This document shows, piece after piece, positions 20,784-31,492 of a DNA stretch of 64,000 nt (within the stretch, counting starts at the first letter, position 1; the number at the start of each line of letters is the position of its first letter). The stretch covers positions 1,632,001 through 1,696,000 of the forward strand of contig OY776215.1 of the NCBI GenBank assembly GCA_963675495.1. The letters run 5' to 3'. This stretch comes from an uncultured Methanolobus sp. (lineage in GTDB: Archaea > Halobacteriota > Methanosarcinia > Methanosarcinales > Methanosarcinaceae). The notes under the pieces were generated by a model. The model was given only the letters and a program-made list of their open reading frames with translations. It was not told the origin of the DNA and ran no database searches. Position numbers and translations under genes: made by a program.

Positions 20784-21307
20784 AAATTGAAGTCAAAACC
20801 CGTGCCTACCACCAGCAGGTAAAAGAACTGCTGGCAGACATGGGTGCTAATTTTATAGGTGTCCAGCATCACTGCGACACCTACTTTAATGCCCCCCACA
20901 GGGATTTTGTAAACACAGATGAAGCACTGAGGATACGCTCCGTCGACGGAAGGTCTGTGTTGACCTATAAAGGCAAAAAACTGGACACCGTATCCAAAAC
21001 ACGTGAGGAATTCGAAACTGATGTGGACGGTGGAAATACCCGCAGCATTCTTCTGGCTCTTGGATTCTATGAGGCAGGCATGGTCAAAAAGACAAGGGAG
21101 ATCTTCAAATTTGAAGGCATGACCATCTGTCTTGACAACGTAAGAAGTCTCGGCGAGTTTATTGAAGTCGAGATTACTGCTGATTCAGATATTGAAACTC
21201 ATAGTAAACAGATATTCTCATTTTTGAATAAATTGGGTATTGGAGAAGAGGATTCCATCAGGACATCCTATCTTGAAATGGTGCTTTCAAAAAGAGAAGA
21301 CAACTGA
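20777..21307 (+). CDS. CYTH-domain (CyaB-like) protein
   Basis: EIEVK, DTYF, ALRIR, TYKG, REEFE and FIEVE motifs. Confidence 0.9.
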   Translation: MLEIEVKTRAYHQQVKELLADMGANFIGVQHHCDTYFNAPHRDFVNTDEALRIRSVDGRSVLTYKGKKLDTVSKTREEFETDVDGGNTRSILLALGFYEAGMVKKTREIFKFEGMTICLDNVRSLGEFIEVEITADSDIETHSKQIFSFLNKLGIGEEDSIRTSYLEMVLSKREDN

Positions 21308-21336
21308 TACACTCATTCTAGTATCATATTTTGAAG

Positions 21337-23466
21337 TCATACTATTTTTTGTTCACCGCTTATGGGAAGTTCAAAATAGAATGTTGAACCATTGCCCATT
21401 TCACTCTCCAACCAGACTTTTCCCCCGTGCATTTCCACGAACTTCTTTACCAGAAAGAGTCCAAGACCTGTTCCTCCATAAAAGCGATTATGTGAAGAAT
21501 CCAATTGGGTGAAAGCCTGGAATATGCTATCATAATCTTCTTTGGCTATACCAGATCCATTATCCTTTACTGAGAACTGTGCCATATTATCACGTAATTC
21601 TACACTGACATCGATATTACCCCCTTCAGGTGTGAACTTAATAGCATTGCTTATCAGATTGTAAATAATCTGTTTGAATACCTGCCTGTCAGCGGTTATT
21701 ACCGAAAGTTTACTATCATTATGTATGTTCAGTGAAAGATCTTTCTTTGCAGTAAGTGGCATGATAATATTCTTAATATCCTCAAGTACTTCTGAAACAT
21801 TGAATATCTCGAGGTCCAATTCCACACCTTCTGATTCAATTTTCGATATATCAAGGATATTATTTATAATATCTAGCAAGCACTTTCCACTGGAGGAGAT
21901 ATTTTTGAGATAGGCATCCTGCTTTTCATTCAGGTCTCCTGTCATCCCTTCAAGCAAAATATCCGAGAAGCCTATGATAGAAGTCAGTGGTGTTCTCAAC
22001 TCATGACTCATGATGGAAATAAATTCACTTTTTGTTCGACTGGCCACTTCAGCTGCCAGCTTTGCGTCCAGCAAGGCCTTTTCTGAACGTTTCCTTTCAG
22101 TAATATCACGTATAATGGCCTGAAAGATAACTTTTTCATTATCTATTAGAGAAGAACTTACATCGGCATCCACAACATACCCATTAGACAGTTCCAGTTT
22201 TGTTTCTGAACTGAAGGAACCTTCACGGAATGTTTCTTCCTGAATTTCCTGTGTACTGGGTGAATACCCTTCCAGAGATAAGGAAGAAAAATTATGTTCA
22301 TGTAAAATAGATGATTCATATCCAAGCAATTCAGAAGCTTGTCCATTCGCATCAAGTATGTATCCATCTGAATCAAATATAAGAATGGCATCATTGGATT
22401 GTTCGAATAGAGAACGATACTTTCCTTCGTGTTCCTGGAGTGAGTCAAGCATGTAATTCACGTTATCAGCCATCCAGTTTAACCCATCATTGCCTTCCAG
22501 CTTGATCCTATAAGAAAGATCGCCACTTTTGCCTACATTCTCAAGACCGGAAACAAGGCTGCCTAATTTTGCACGCATAAATCTTGTTGCTATGAAGATA
22601 TGCGCAATATAGGCAACAGAGCTGATAAGTAAAAATGCAAGAGCCAGATAGAACAGCATCTTCCCATCTACAGTAGTTGTTAATCCTCCAGTATTCACAG
22701 AAAGCATTTTTCCAGGCTTGCCCATAATATCATACAATAGTACCTGACCTGCCAGACCCTCATTATCGGATAAATCAAGGAATACAGGCCCTGCAAATGT
22801 GTCAATTATTGCCTCATCGAAAACAAGCTGATCAACATCTCTATCCACAAAACTAGCAGAAAATATAGAGTTACCATATATTGTTCCTATTGTATCCGGG
22901 TCTAACTCTCTGTAAGCTATCAAGATAGAAGTATATCCTTCAGTTTCATCCTCTGGTATAAAAGACTCCATAGCAAGTAAAAGTGTCCTATCAGGAAGAA
23001 AAATCATTCCTGAGATACCTGTTTCTTCCAGTAATCTAGAAATAATTTTTGGATGAGAATCAATATATGCTTCAATATTACTGCTCTCCCCGGATGACTC
23101 TGAATTAAAAACAAAAGATTTTGATGAAATGTCATATATGAGGACACCATCAATATCGTGAACAGAATCCGTTTCCAAATGTTTGATGATCGTATTATAG
23201 ATATCTATGCCATTTGCATCCATACTAACTGATTCTGCATGTGAAGCCATGTAGGATGCACTTGAACTAAGAAAAGCCAGATCATCATTTATCGTGTGGA
23301 GTGCAAGATGAGTATTATCAAGAGTTTTTTCCTTTTCGAACTCAACAAAACTAGATGAAAAAATGACATAACTTGCCAATAACATTAAGATTATTGTCAG
23401 AAAAAAAGCAGCGCTATGCAAAATGCCATCTTTCTTAGCAAATTCTGTTTTTAAGGGCTTGGCCAT
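21337..23466 (-). CDS. Membrane sensor histidine kinase (CHASE4-like, HAMP, PAS, HisKA, HATPase)
   Basis: Two TM segments; MSHELRTPL, NLISNAIKFT, DNGSG and GGTGLGL motifs. Confidence 0.92.
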   Translation of the reverse strand: MAKPLKTEFAKKDGILHSAAFFLTIILMLLASYVIFSSSFVEFEKEKTLDNTHLALHTINDDLAFLSSSASYMASHAESVSMDANGIDIYNTIIKHLETDSVHDIDGVLIYDISSKSFVFNSESSGESSNIEAYIDSHPKIISRLLEETGISGMIFLPDRTLLLAMESFIPEDETEGYTSILIAYRELDPDTIGTIYGNSIFSASFVDRDVDQLVFDEAIIDTFAGPVFLDLSDNEGLAGQVLLYDIMGKPGKMLSVNTGGLTTTVDGKMLFYLALAFLLISSVAYIAHIFIATRFMRAKLGSLVSGLENVGKSGDLSYRIKLEGNDGLNWMADNVNYMLDSLQEHEGKYRSLFEQSNDAILIFDSDGYILDANGQASELLGYESSILHEHNFSSLSLEGYSPSTQEIQEETFREGSFSSETKLELSNGYVVDADVSSSLIDNEKVIFQAIIRDITERKRSEKALLDAKLAAEVASRTKSEFISIMSHELRTPLTSIIGFSDILLEGMTGDLNEKQDAYLKNISSSGKCLLDIINNILDISKIESEGVELDLEIFNVSEVLEDIKNIIMPLTAKKDLSLNIHNDSKLSVITADRQVFKQIIYNLISNAIKFTPEGGNIDVSVELRDNMAQFSVKDNGSGIAKEDYDSIFQAFTQLDSSHNRFYGGTGLGLFLVKKFVEMHGGKVWLESEMGNGSTFYFELPISGEQKIV

Positions 23467-23617
23467 ATTTGCACCACCTGACAAAAAGATTTAATAGCTC
23501 ATTTGAGACATCGTCCCTTAAGTAGTATGGAATCCAAATAATATATAATTATTGTAATATATAATATAGAAGATGACTACACTACAATGAGCTCTTTTTA
23601 ATAAAAACAGAATGATA

Positions 23618-23640
23618 CAGATACTTCATATTAGTATCTG
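23618..23640 (-). terminator. Hairpin after metG
   Basis: CAGATACT-N7-AGTATCTG, followed by a T-run on the minus strand. Confidence 0.5.
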
Positions 23641-23653
23641 CATAGCGAAAAAA

Positions 23654-25693
23654 TTACATTATACAAGAACCAGTTCCCATATCCTTATCTGTTGTCAGCA
23701 GGGAAACTCTTTCTCCTGCATCTGCTGCAAGGAGCATTCCCCGTGATTCCACACCACAAAGCTTCACAGGTTTGAGATTGACAAGCACGTTAACTGTCTT
23801 ACCAACCATCTCTTCAGGGTCATAGTGTTCCGCAAGACCTGCAACAACCTGTCTTGGCTCCTCATCACCGATATCAACCTGAAGACGCAGGAGTTTCTTT
23901 GATTTCTTGATCTTCTCAGCGGAAACTATCTTTCCAACCCTGATATCAAGCTTTGCAAAATCATCATATTCTATTTCATCTTTGAATTCCATTTTTTCTA
24001 CTTCCTTAATGCCTGCTTCCTTTGCCATTGCTGCCTTTACACGCTTGGAGGATATCTTTTCCATCTCCTCTATCTTGTCATCCTCCAGCTTGGTGAACAG
24101 TATCTCAGGCTTTGCCAGTTTAGTTCCGCTTAGCACAGGAACGGTTGCTTCATCATAGGTAACTGTGTGTATATCTGAATCCATGCCAATCTGTTTCCAG
24201 GCAGTTTCCATGCTTCCCGGAGTCATAGGCTCGAACAGCAACACAAGTGCCTTGGCCAGCTGTATGCAGTTCTTGACAACTTTGCCACATGCATCCTTAT
24301 CTTCTTTTATGAGTTTCCATGGCTCATTTGACTGGAAGTATGAATTACCATAAGATGCAAGGGCCATTGCAGTGTCAGCAGCTTTCTTGAACTCATAATC
24401 TGCATTCACCTTTGTAACCTCTTCTATGGTAGAAGTTATTTTCTCCATAACCTCAGGGTCGATATCTCCCTCAGGGATCTCTCCAAAGTTCTTGAAAGCA
24501 AAGAGCAGGTTCCTGTAGAGGAAATTACCAAATACTCCCACAAGCTCTGTGTTGATCTTGTCCTGGAATATCTTCCATGAGAAATTAACCTCTTTTGTGT
24601 GGGAGGTGTAACTTACAAGATAATACCTGAGAAGGTCCGGATGGAAACCATGATCAAGGTAATCTTCCTCAACCCAGACCACATAACCACGGCTCTTTGA
24701 GAAGGTCTTGTCTTGAATTTTCAACATACCCGATGCAACAACCGCAGATGGCTGGCTATAGTCAGCTCCTTTAAGCATTGCCGGCCAGAAGATACAGTGG
24801 TGGTAGATTATGTCTCCGCCAATGAAATGAATTATCGGACAATCGCCCTTCCAGAATTTTTCCCAGTCACCGCCAGTTGCTTCTGCCCACTGCTCTGTGA
24901 AAGCCATGTAACCGATAGGTGCATCCACCCAGACATAAACAACGAGGTCATCGTGACCGGGGAATCTGACACCCCATTCGAGGTTCCTTGTAATACACCA
25001 GTCCGTAAGCTCCTGTTTTATCCATCCCATGGCATAATTACGGGCATTAAGGGTTCCGCCAAGGTTTTCCAGGTGTTCCAGCAGGAAGTCCTTAAACTCG
25101 GAAAGTTTGAAGAAGAAGTGTTCCTGCTCCTTGTATTCTGCAGGGCCATTACAGATGGTACATACAGGTTCTTTGAGCTCTCCGGGCTCCAGATGTTTTC
25201 CACATCCCTGGTCACATTCATCACCACGTGCTTTCTCTCCACAGTGAGGACATGTCCCTGCGACATACCTGTCAGGCAGGAAGCGGTCACATTGAGGACA
25301 GTACGCGATCTCTATTACCTTAGGATAAACGTAATCTTTTTCAATGAGTTTCTCAACGATATTCAGCGTTCTGTCGTGATTTGTGTCATCATCAGTTGTC
25401 CCGAAAGCATCAAACATGACACCCATTTTCTTGAACACTTCATCGAAATGGACATGATATTTCTTTACAAGTTCCTTAGGCGTGGTTCCAAGTTCCTCAG
25501 CATTTACCACAATAGGAGTACCGTGGGTATCGGAACCGCAGACAAATGTTGTTTCCTGTGAGTTCTTTTTCAGTGATCTCACAAAGATATCTGCAGGAAT
25601 GTATGTTCTAAGGTGCCCGACGTGCGCTTTCCCATTAGCATATGGAAGACCGCATGTAACAAGCACGGCTTTATCAGAAGGAATGTTTGACAT
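23654..25693 (-). CDS. metG: Methionine--tRNA ligase
   Basis: [11 protein letters not shown], Zn knuckles, FSKSRG and a C-terminal tRNA-binding OB domain. Confidence 0.97.
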   Translation of the reverse strand: MSNIPSDKAVLVTCGLPYANGKAHVGHLRTYIPADIFVRSLKKNSQETTFVCGSDTHGTPIVVNAEELGTTPKELVKKYHVHFDEVFKKMGVMFDAFGTTDDDTNHDRTLNIVEKLIEKDYVYPKVIEIAYCPQCDRFLPDRYVAGTCPHCGEKARGDECDQGCGKHLEPGELKEPVCTICNGPAEYKEQEHFFFKLSEFKDFLLEHLENLGGTLNARNYAMGWIKQELTDWCITRNLEWGVRFPGHDDLVVYVWVDAPIGYMAFTEQWAEATGGDWEKFWKGDCPIIHFIGGDIIYHHCIFWPAMLKGADYSQPSAVVASGMLKIQDKTFSKSRGYVVWVEEDYLDHGFHPDLLRYYLVSYTSHTKEVNFSWKIFQDKINTELVGVFGNFLYRNLLFAFKNFGEIPEGDIDPEVMEKITSTIEEVTKVNADYEFKKAADTAMALASYGNSYFQSNEPWKLIKEDKDACGKVVKNCIQLAKALVLLFEPMTPGSMETAWKQIGMDSDIHTVTYDEATVPVLSGTKLAKPEILFTKLEDDKIEEMEKISSKRVKAAMAKEAGIKEVEKMEFKDEIEYDDFAKLDIRVGKIVSAEKIKKSKKLLRLQVDIGDEEPRQVVAGLAEHYDPEEMVGKTVNVLVNLKPVKLCGVESRGMLLAADAGERVSLLTTDKDMGTGSCIM

Positions 25694-25830
25694 TTATTAA
25701 CTCCATTGGAAATTTATCAATAGCTCTGGTCTTGCATTGCGTGCAATTATAAAATATATTTCGCTCATACGGCATAAGGCAAGGTTTTTGAATGTTCACA
25801 TACATTTGATAAACGGGATGGAATCCAGAG

Positions 25831-27099
25831 ATGAACGGAGATAATTCAGATAGAAAAACAGAGGATGATGTCGAATATCATCGTTACCCGTATAGTTATG
25901 AAGAAGATAGAACGGATGACATCCAGAACAGCTTTGAATCTGATGACACAAAGTCAGAAGTGATAGAAACAGAAGAAACTCCTGTAACTAGCGAAGCTGC
26001 AGAGAAAACTGTAGAAGTTGATAATTACCAGACCACATCGGACAACATAACTAACGATGTTCCTGTTGCAGTACCAGTTGAAGGAAAGAAAGAGAAAACT
26101 GAGTATGAACAGGAAAAAACAGCAAGTGCAACAGCAACTCAAACAACAAATTATACCGAACCATCCCGGAAAGCTCCTGTTATTAAGAAGAAGAGCCGCA
26201 AATGGCAATACATTGCCATTGTTGCCGTTCTTGTATTCATAATTGGTGGGAGCTTTGCACTCATGTACCAGAGCTTTAACGGTGACCTCTACTCTTCAAA
26301 TGACAAAGTAGCAGTAATCTACGTCCAGGGAACCCTCATTACCAGCAGCATACCAGGCGGACTTGGTTACGTGAGTTCTGAGGAGATTTCAGATAATATT
26401 AGAAGAGCCCTCAGGGATGATCATGTAAAAGCCATTGTCCTGAGAGTAAATAGTGGAGGAGGGTCCTCAACTGCAGGAGAAGAGGTCTATACCGAGGTCA
26501 AAAAAGCTAGTGATAGTGGAATACCTGTTATAATCTCAATGGGAGATGTGGCAGCAAGTGCAGCCTATCACCTGTCAGCACCTGCAGACCTTATAGTGGC
26601 TAACCCTTCAACCATGACCGGAAGCATAGGAACTATATGGACATTCCAGAACCTGTCTGCCTTCTATAATGAAGAAGGAGTTGAATTCTACATCGTAAAA
26701 TCCGGAGAATTCAAAGATATGGGAGGAGCATGGAGAGGTCTTTCAGATGATGAAAAGGAATATGCCAACAAGGTTGTGGCAGAAGTTTACGGCAACTTTG
26801 TAAGGGATGTGGCAGAAGGCAGGGATATGAGTACCAGTGAAGTAAAAAGCCTTGCAGATGGCAGGATATACACTGGAAGAGAAGCAAAGAACCTGGGTCT
26901 TGTGGATGAATTCGGCAACCTTTATGATGCTATTGACATGGCAGCGGATATGGGAGATATCGACGGAGATCCAACTATCATTTACATGAACAAACCATCC
27001 ATTTCAAGCCTGCTCTTTGGTTCAGAATCCGAAGCTACGGTCACTGCGGAAGAATTCCTCCGTTACTATGAAGAAAGTCCCTACGGTCAGATAAGCTGA
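25831..27099 (+). CDS. sppA: Signal peptide peptidase SppA with acidic N-terminal extension
   Basis: RVNSGGG, AASAAY, TGSIG, KSGEFKD and DGRIYTG motifs; one TM segment near residues 127-145. Confidence 0.9.
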   Translation: MNGDNSDRKTEDDVEYHRYPYSYEEDRTDDIQNSFESDDTKSEVIETEETPVTSEAAEKTVEVDNYQTTSDNITNDVPVAVPVEGKKEKTEYEQEKTASATATQTTNYTEPSRKAPVIKKKSRKWQYIAIVAVLVFIIGGSFALMYQSFNGDLYSSNDKVAVIYVQGTLITSSIPGGLGYVSSEEISDNIRRALRDDHVKAIVLRVNSGGGSSTAGEEVYTEVKKASDSGIPVIISMGDVAASAAYHLSAPADLIVANPSTMTGSIGTIWTFQNLSAFYNEEGVEFYIVKSGEFKDMGGAWRGLSDDEKEYANKVVAEVYGNFVRDVAEGRDMSTSEVKSLADGRIYTGREAKNLGLVDEFGNLYDAIDMAADMGDIDGDPTIIYMNKPSISSLLFGSESEATVTAEEFLRYYEESPYGQIS

Positions 27100-27105
27100 T
27101 ATTGA

Positions 27106-27588
27106 ATGCCCTTTACACCATTCCATCTGGGACCGGCCTTTTTGCTCGGGGAGCTTTTCGAGAAAAAGGTCAACCTTATTTCCATCCTTCTGGGAAGCAT
27201 AGTTATCGATGTGAGAGCTGCCTATTGTCTCTTTACAGGTTGCATGCCCCTGCATGGACCACTTCATACTTTTTTAAGTGCAACAGTAATTGCGTTTCTA
27301 CTTGCATGGCTTTTATTTTCACAAAGGCGATGGTTGCGAAAGATAACTGAGAAATTAAAGATAGAACAGACATATTATTTCATGTCCGTAATGACAGGGG
27401 CAATTATAGGAACATGGAGCCATGTGCTGTTTGACTCTTTCCTTTACACTGATATCAGACCACTGTGGCCTCTGGAAAGCAACCCTTTTCTTGGACTGGT
27501 AGACTCAGAAACAATGTATTTAATGTGCCTTCTCTCATTTCTGCCTGCAACAGGAATCTACTGCTACAGGTACTGGAAGAGGAAATGA
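27106..27588 (+). CDS. Membrane metal-dependent hydrolase-like protein (DUF4184/YdjM-like)
   Basis: MPFTPFH, LHGPLHT and SHVLFD motifs. Confidence 0.75.
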   Translation: MPFTPFHLGPAFLLGELFEKKVNLISILLGSIVIDVRAAYCLFTGCMPLHGPLHTFLSATVIAFLLAWLLFSQRRWLRKITEKLKIEQTYYFMSVMTGAIIGTWSHVLFDSFLYTDIRPLWPLESNPFLGLVDSETMYLMCLLSFLPATGIYCYRYWKRK

Positions 27589-27681
27589 TTCCCGTTAACA
27601 GTGAAACAAAAAGTATAAGTTAGCCTGTGCTCAACTCATATTATAAAATATTAAAGTTGTATTGCTGGCGGGGGAGTTACA

Positions 27682-28905
27682 ATATTCAGTAAAAGATATT
27701 ATAGATTGTTTGCACTTGTAACAGTAGTCTTAATTTTATGTATTTCGAATCCGGCTCTTGGCCGGGACCAGGTTAGAACTGATAAACTGGACATACTTGC
27801 AGCAGAGATATCACCACAACCCGTAAGACCCGGACAGGAGCTGCTTGTTAAAGTGAGTGTGGCCAATTATGATGATACTACAGCCAGCAATGTCGTTCTT
27901 GAAGTCGAGAACCAGTTTCCCCTTATATTGAGATTCTCGGAGAAGGAATATGGTGTGAAAAGCATCTCCAACAACAGTTTCATAATTGACAGGATAAGCT
28001 CCAATGGGAATGTGGAGATCAACTATAACTTTCTCATCGATCCTGAAGCCAGGACAGGAACATACAATGTGACATTCAGGCTTTCTGACAGCAATGATGT
28101 GTTTGTTACAAAAACGATAACCATCAAAGTTGAAGGAACTCCGTCAATTACCCTGATGAACTCTTCTTTTTCACAATCCGGAATATCTCCCGGAGATACA
28201 TTTTACCTGTATACCACAGTTGCAAGCGTTGGAAGTGGCAATGCCAAGAACATACGTATCACTCTACTGATAGATGATGTCCCGTCCCTTGTGGCTATGA
28301 AAGATAATACCGCATTTATCCACACCCTTGATGCAGGGGAAGAAGAGCAGATAACGTTTGAGCTAAGCCTTGGAAAGGACGCAGATATAACATCATACAA
28401 CATACCCATCTCAGTAGCTGCAGTTGATGATACTGAAAATCTGAACATCAGTTCGGTAGAGACCATTGGTTTTGAGGCAAAAGGAAGGGCAATGATCGAT
28501 ATCGCAAACATAAAAAATGACCCTACTATGCCTGAAAAGGGTAAAGAGCTCACTCAGATGATAAGGATAGAGAATGTGGGGGAGGGAGAAGCAAGGTCAG
28601 TGAAAGTCAGCCTTGTGGAACTTGATATATCCGGAACCAGAGAGGCCTTTATCGGAAAACTTGATGCAAATGATGATGCTCCTGCTACGTTCTCCTTCAT
28701 TCCCCGCAAAAGCGGTGATCAAAAGTACATTGCACTCATCGAATACGAAGATGATTTCGGGAACCACTCAATTGAACACGAATTGACCATGAGTGTAAAA
28801 GGTACATCACCATATCGTCTTTTGTTTGGGGCCATAGTGCTGATTTTGCTGATCTTTGGCGCCTTCAACCTCAGAAAGCATTTCAAAAAAGAGACAGAGC
28901 AATGA
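27682..28905 (+). CDS. COG1361 S-layer-domain protein of an ABC exporter; probable ATA start
   Basis: Signal peptide, repeated Ig-like units (N.G..A..V), YEDDFG and a C-terminal TM with basic tail; listed TTG start is 27706. Confidence 0.8.
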   Translation: MFSKRYYRLFALVTVVLILCISNPALGRDQVRTDKLDILAAEISPQPVRPGQELLVKVSVANYDDTTASNVVLEVENQFPLILRFSEKEYGVKSISNNSFIIDRISSNGNVEINYNFLIDPEARTGTYNVTFRLSDSNDVFVTKTITIKVEGTPSITLMNSSFSQSGISPGDTFYLYTTVASVGSGNAKNIRITLLIDDVPSLVAMKDNTAFIHTLDAGEEEQITFELSLGKDADITSYNIPISVAAVDDTENLNISSVETIGFEAKGRAMIDIANIKNDPTMPEKGKELTQMIRIENVGEGEARSVKVSLVELDISGTREAFIGKLDANDDAPATFSFIPRKSGDQKYIALIEYEDDFGNHSIEHELTMSVKGTSPYRLLFGAIVLILLIFGAFNLRKHFKKETEQ

Positions 28906-28912
28906 GGGGAAC

Positions 28913-30115
28913 ATGTTTGAGAGAACGAAAGTCTCATTTTTTCTGGCATCAAGGTCGATACTTAGAGGAAACAAAGGTATCACTTTCTTTACTATCATAG
29001 TCCTGACACTTGTGTATCTCCAGCTTGTATTCTTTTCAAGTATGATAGGCGGAGTGACGATGAAGTTCAATGATGTACTTGTGGACTACCAGACAGGGGA
29101 CCTTGTTGTAGAACCCGGTCAGGATGAAATTTACATATCAAATGTTCATGCGCTTACAAAAAAGATAGAACACCTTCCTGAAGTGGTGGGTGTTTCCCCG
29201 CGTTTGCGACTCAAAAGTTCCATATCCTTCAAAGAAAAAGAGGTTGGTGCCACAGTTTACGGCATTGATGCAAACGAAGAGGAACTTGTCACCAAATTTC
29301 AATCGGCAATGGTTGAAGGGGAATTCATAAGCAAGCTGGACAGGGGAGAAATTGTACTTGGAAGAGAACTGTCAGGAGGATACGGCGCAGTAATGCAGAG
29401 CAGGTCCCTTGAAGACGTGTCCGTAGGTGACGTTGTTGCTGTCATCATAAACGGTCAGGCAAAGGAATTCAGGGTGAAGGGGATCTACAATACCTTGTTC
29501 TTCATGTCCGACTCCTCGGCTTTTGTGAACAAAGAAGACCTTGATGAAGCACTTGACGCTGAGAATAAGGCTCATGAAATTGTCATAAAGATAAAGGACG
29601 GAGCAGATGAGCAATCCGTAAGAGAAGAGATACTTTCCCTGGGAGTTCAGGAAGAAGTACGCACCTGGCAGGAATTTGCCGGCATCCTGAAAATAATCGA
29701 AGGCACACTTTCCATGATAAGGAACGTATTCACAGCAGTTGGTCTTATTGTAGCTTTTGTAATCATTTTTGTGGTCATCTTTGTCAACATCGTAAGCCAG
29801 AAACGACAAATCGGAGTCCAAAAAGCCATCGGTATAGAAGAGGAAGTGATTATTTCATCGTTCGTATTTCAGGCGATGTTCTACGCTTTTGTGGCAATGG
29901 CCATTGGATACAGCCTGATGCAGTTCATTTTCACACCTTATACTCAATCGCATCCCATCAGCGCACCAATTGGCAAGGTGAGTCTGGACCTCAGTAATAC
30001 GGAAGCTGCCATCCGTGCAATGATGCTGTTCATGGCGGCTGTCATAGGTTCTTTGATCCCTTCCTACAGGATGACAAAAAGAAGTCTGCTTGATCTTATA
30101 TGGGGTTCGAACTGA
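28913..30115 (+). CDS. MacB/LolC-E-type ABC permease
   Basis: N-terminal TM, periplasmic domain, RQIGVQKAIG and C-terminal TM segments. Confidence 0.9.
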   Translation: MFERTKVSFFLASRSILRGNKGITFFTIIVLTLVYLQLVFFSSMIGGVTMKFNDVLVDYQTGDLVVEPGQDEIYISNVHALTKKIEHLPEVVGVSPRLRLKSSISFKEKEVGATVYGIDANEEELVTKFQSAMVEGEFISKLDRGEIVLGRELSGGYGAVMQSRSLEDVSVGDVVAVIINGQAKEFRVKGIYNTLFFMSDSSAFVNKEDLDEALDAENKAHEIVIKIKDGADEQSVREEILSLGVQEEVRTWQEFAGILKIIEGTLSMIRNVFTAVGLIVAFVIIFVVIFVNIVSQKRQIGVQKAIGIEEEVIISSFVFQAMFYAFVAMAIGYSLMQFIFTPYTQSHPISAPIGKVSLDLSNTEAAIRAMMLFMAAVIGSLIPSYRMTKRSLLDLIWGSN

Positions 30116-30780
30116 TGATAGAGGCAAAAGATGTCACAAGAACCTTTCTCATGGGCAAGGTGGAAGTTAAGGCACTTCGAGGTATCAGTCTCAATATAAA
30201 TAAGGGAGAATTTGTTGCCATAGTAGGCTCAAGCGGCAGCGGTAAGACCACACTGCTCAACCAACTCGGACTATTGGATACACCAACATCCGGGCAGGTT
30301 TTCATTGACTCGACCAATTCATCAGAGCTTACTGACAAACAAAAAATAAGATTCCGACTGGACAATCTGGGATACGTGTTCCAGGATTATGCGCTTATCC
30401 CTACTCTAACGGGTCTTGAGAATGTTTACCTGCCTCTAATGATGCAGGGATTGAAAGAGGAGGATTTTATGAAAAAAGCGACTGGTACATTTGAAGCAGT
30501 GGGACTTGCTGACAGAATGCATCATCTGCCATCAGAAATGAGTGGAGGACAGCAACAGAGAGTCTCTATTGCCAGAGCGCTTGTACATGAACCAAAGATA
30601 CTTTTTGCCGACGAACCCTGTGCCAATCTTGACAGTGAAGCCTCCAGACAGATACTTGAACTGTTCAGCAGGTTCAATAAAGAAAAAAAGCAGACCATTG
30701 TGATGGTTACCCATGAGCAATGGCATCTTGATTATGTGGACAGGGTCATCAAATTAAAGGATGGGGTGATGGCTGATTGA
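30115..30780 (+). CDS. ABC ATP-binding protein (LolD-like)
   Basis: GSSGSGKT, MSGGQQQR, FADEP and VTH motifs; TGATG overlap with the permease. Confidence 0.93.
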   Translation: MIEAKDVTRTFLMGKVEVKALRGISLNINKGEFVAIVGSSGSGKTTLLNQLGLLDTPTSGQVFIDSTNSSELTDKQKIRFRLDNLGYVFQDYALIPTLTGLENVYLPLMMQGLKEEDFMKKATGTFEAVGLADRMHHLPSEMSGGQQQRVSIARALVHEPKILFADEPCANLDSEASRQILELFSRFNKEKKQTIVMVTHEQWHLDYVDRVIKLKDGVMAD

Positions 30781-30801
30781 ATGAAGATCGTTGTTAACTT
30801 T

Positions 30802-31377
30802 TCACAGAAGTTTTCTGCATTGCTCATGCCTGAAACACGTCACAACATGGTCATTGACCATGCCCATAGCCTGCATGAAGGCATATATTATGGTTGGCCC
30901 CACAAAGTTGAATCCTCGTTTCTTCATATCCTTGCTTATCTTTTCGGACAACTCTGTTTTTGCAGGCAGCTCTTCCATTGATTTCCATGAATTTTGTATT
31001 GCTTTTCCGTCTTCCAAAAATTCCCGAAGGTAATTGTCAAATGAACCAAACTCATTTCTGACCTCAATGAATGACTGTGCATTGCGAACTGCGGAACGCA
31101 CCTTCAATTTATTCCTGATGATGCCGCTGTCCTGTAAGAGTTCCTCTATCCTCTCTTCACCATAACCTGCAATTATCTCATAATCAAAATCATCAAAGGC
31201 TTTCCTGTAATTCTCCCTTCTTTTAAGGATCGTATCCCAGCTAAGTCCTGCCTGTGCTCCTTCAAGTACAAGGAATTCGAATAATTTACGGTCATCATGT
31301 TCAGGCACTCCCCACTCAGTGTCATGATACTCAATTTCAAGTTCATTGAGCCCAGCCCATTCACATCGTACTTTCAT
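30802..31377 (-). CDS. tag: DNA-3-methyladenine glycosylase I
   Basis: RCEWA, YHDTEWG, EGAQAGLSW, FVGPT and NDHVVTC motifs. Confidence 0.95.
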   Translation of the reverse strand: MKVRCEWAGLNELEIEYHDTEWGVPEHDDRKLFEFLVLEGAQAGLSWDTILKRRENYRKAFDDFDYEIIAGYGEERIEELLQDSGIIRNKLKVRSAVRNAQSFIEVRNEFGSFDNYLREFLEDGKAIQNSWKSMEELPAKTELSEKISKDMKKRGFNFVGPTIIYAFMQAMGMVNDHVVTCFRHEQCRKLL

Positions 31378-31492
31378 GAAAATAATTGTGTGACTGAGAA
31401 TTATTAAATCTTCCCTATAAACTGAGAATGGTAATTTCCAGAAGATGATAATTATATAAGAAGAGCTCATAATTTGTATTGGGGGCAATTAT

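Noticed and set aside
21884-21894. ORB-like core TTTCCACTGGA (also at 55442-55452)
   Set aside because: Isolated copies inside coding regions, with no G-string, AT-rich unwinding element or cdc6
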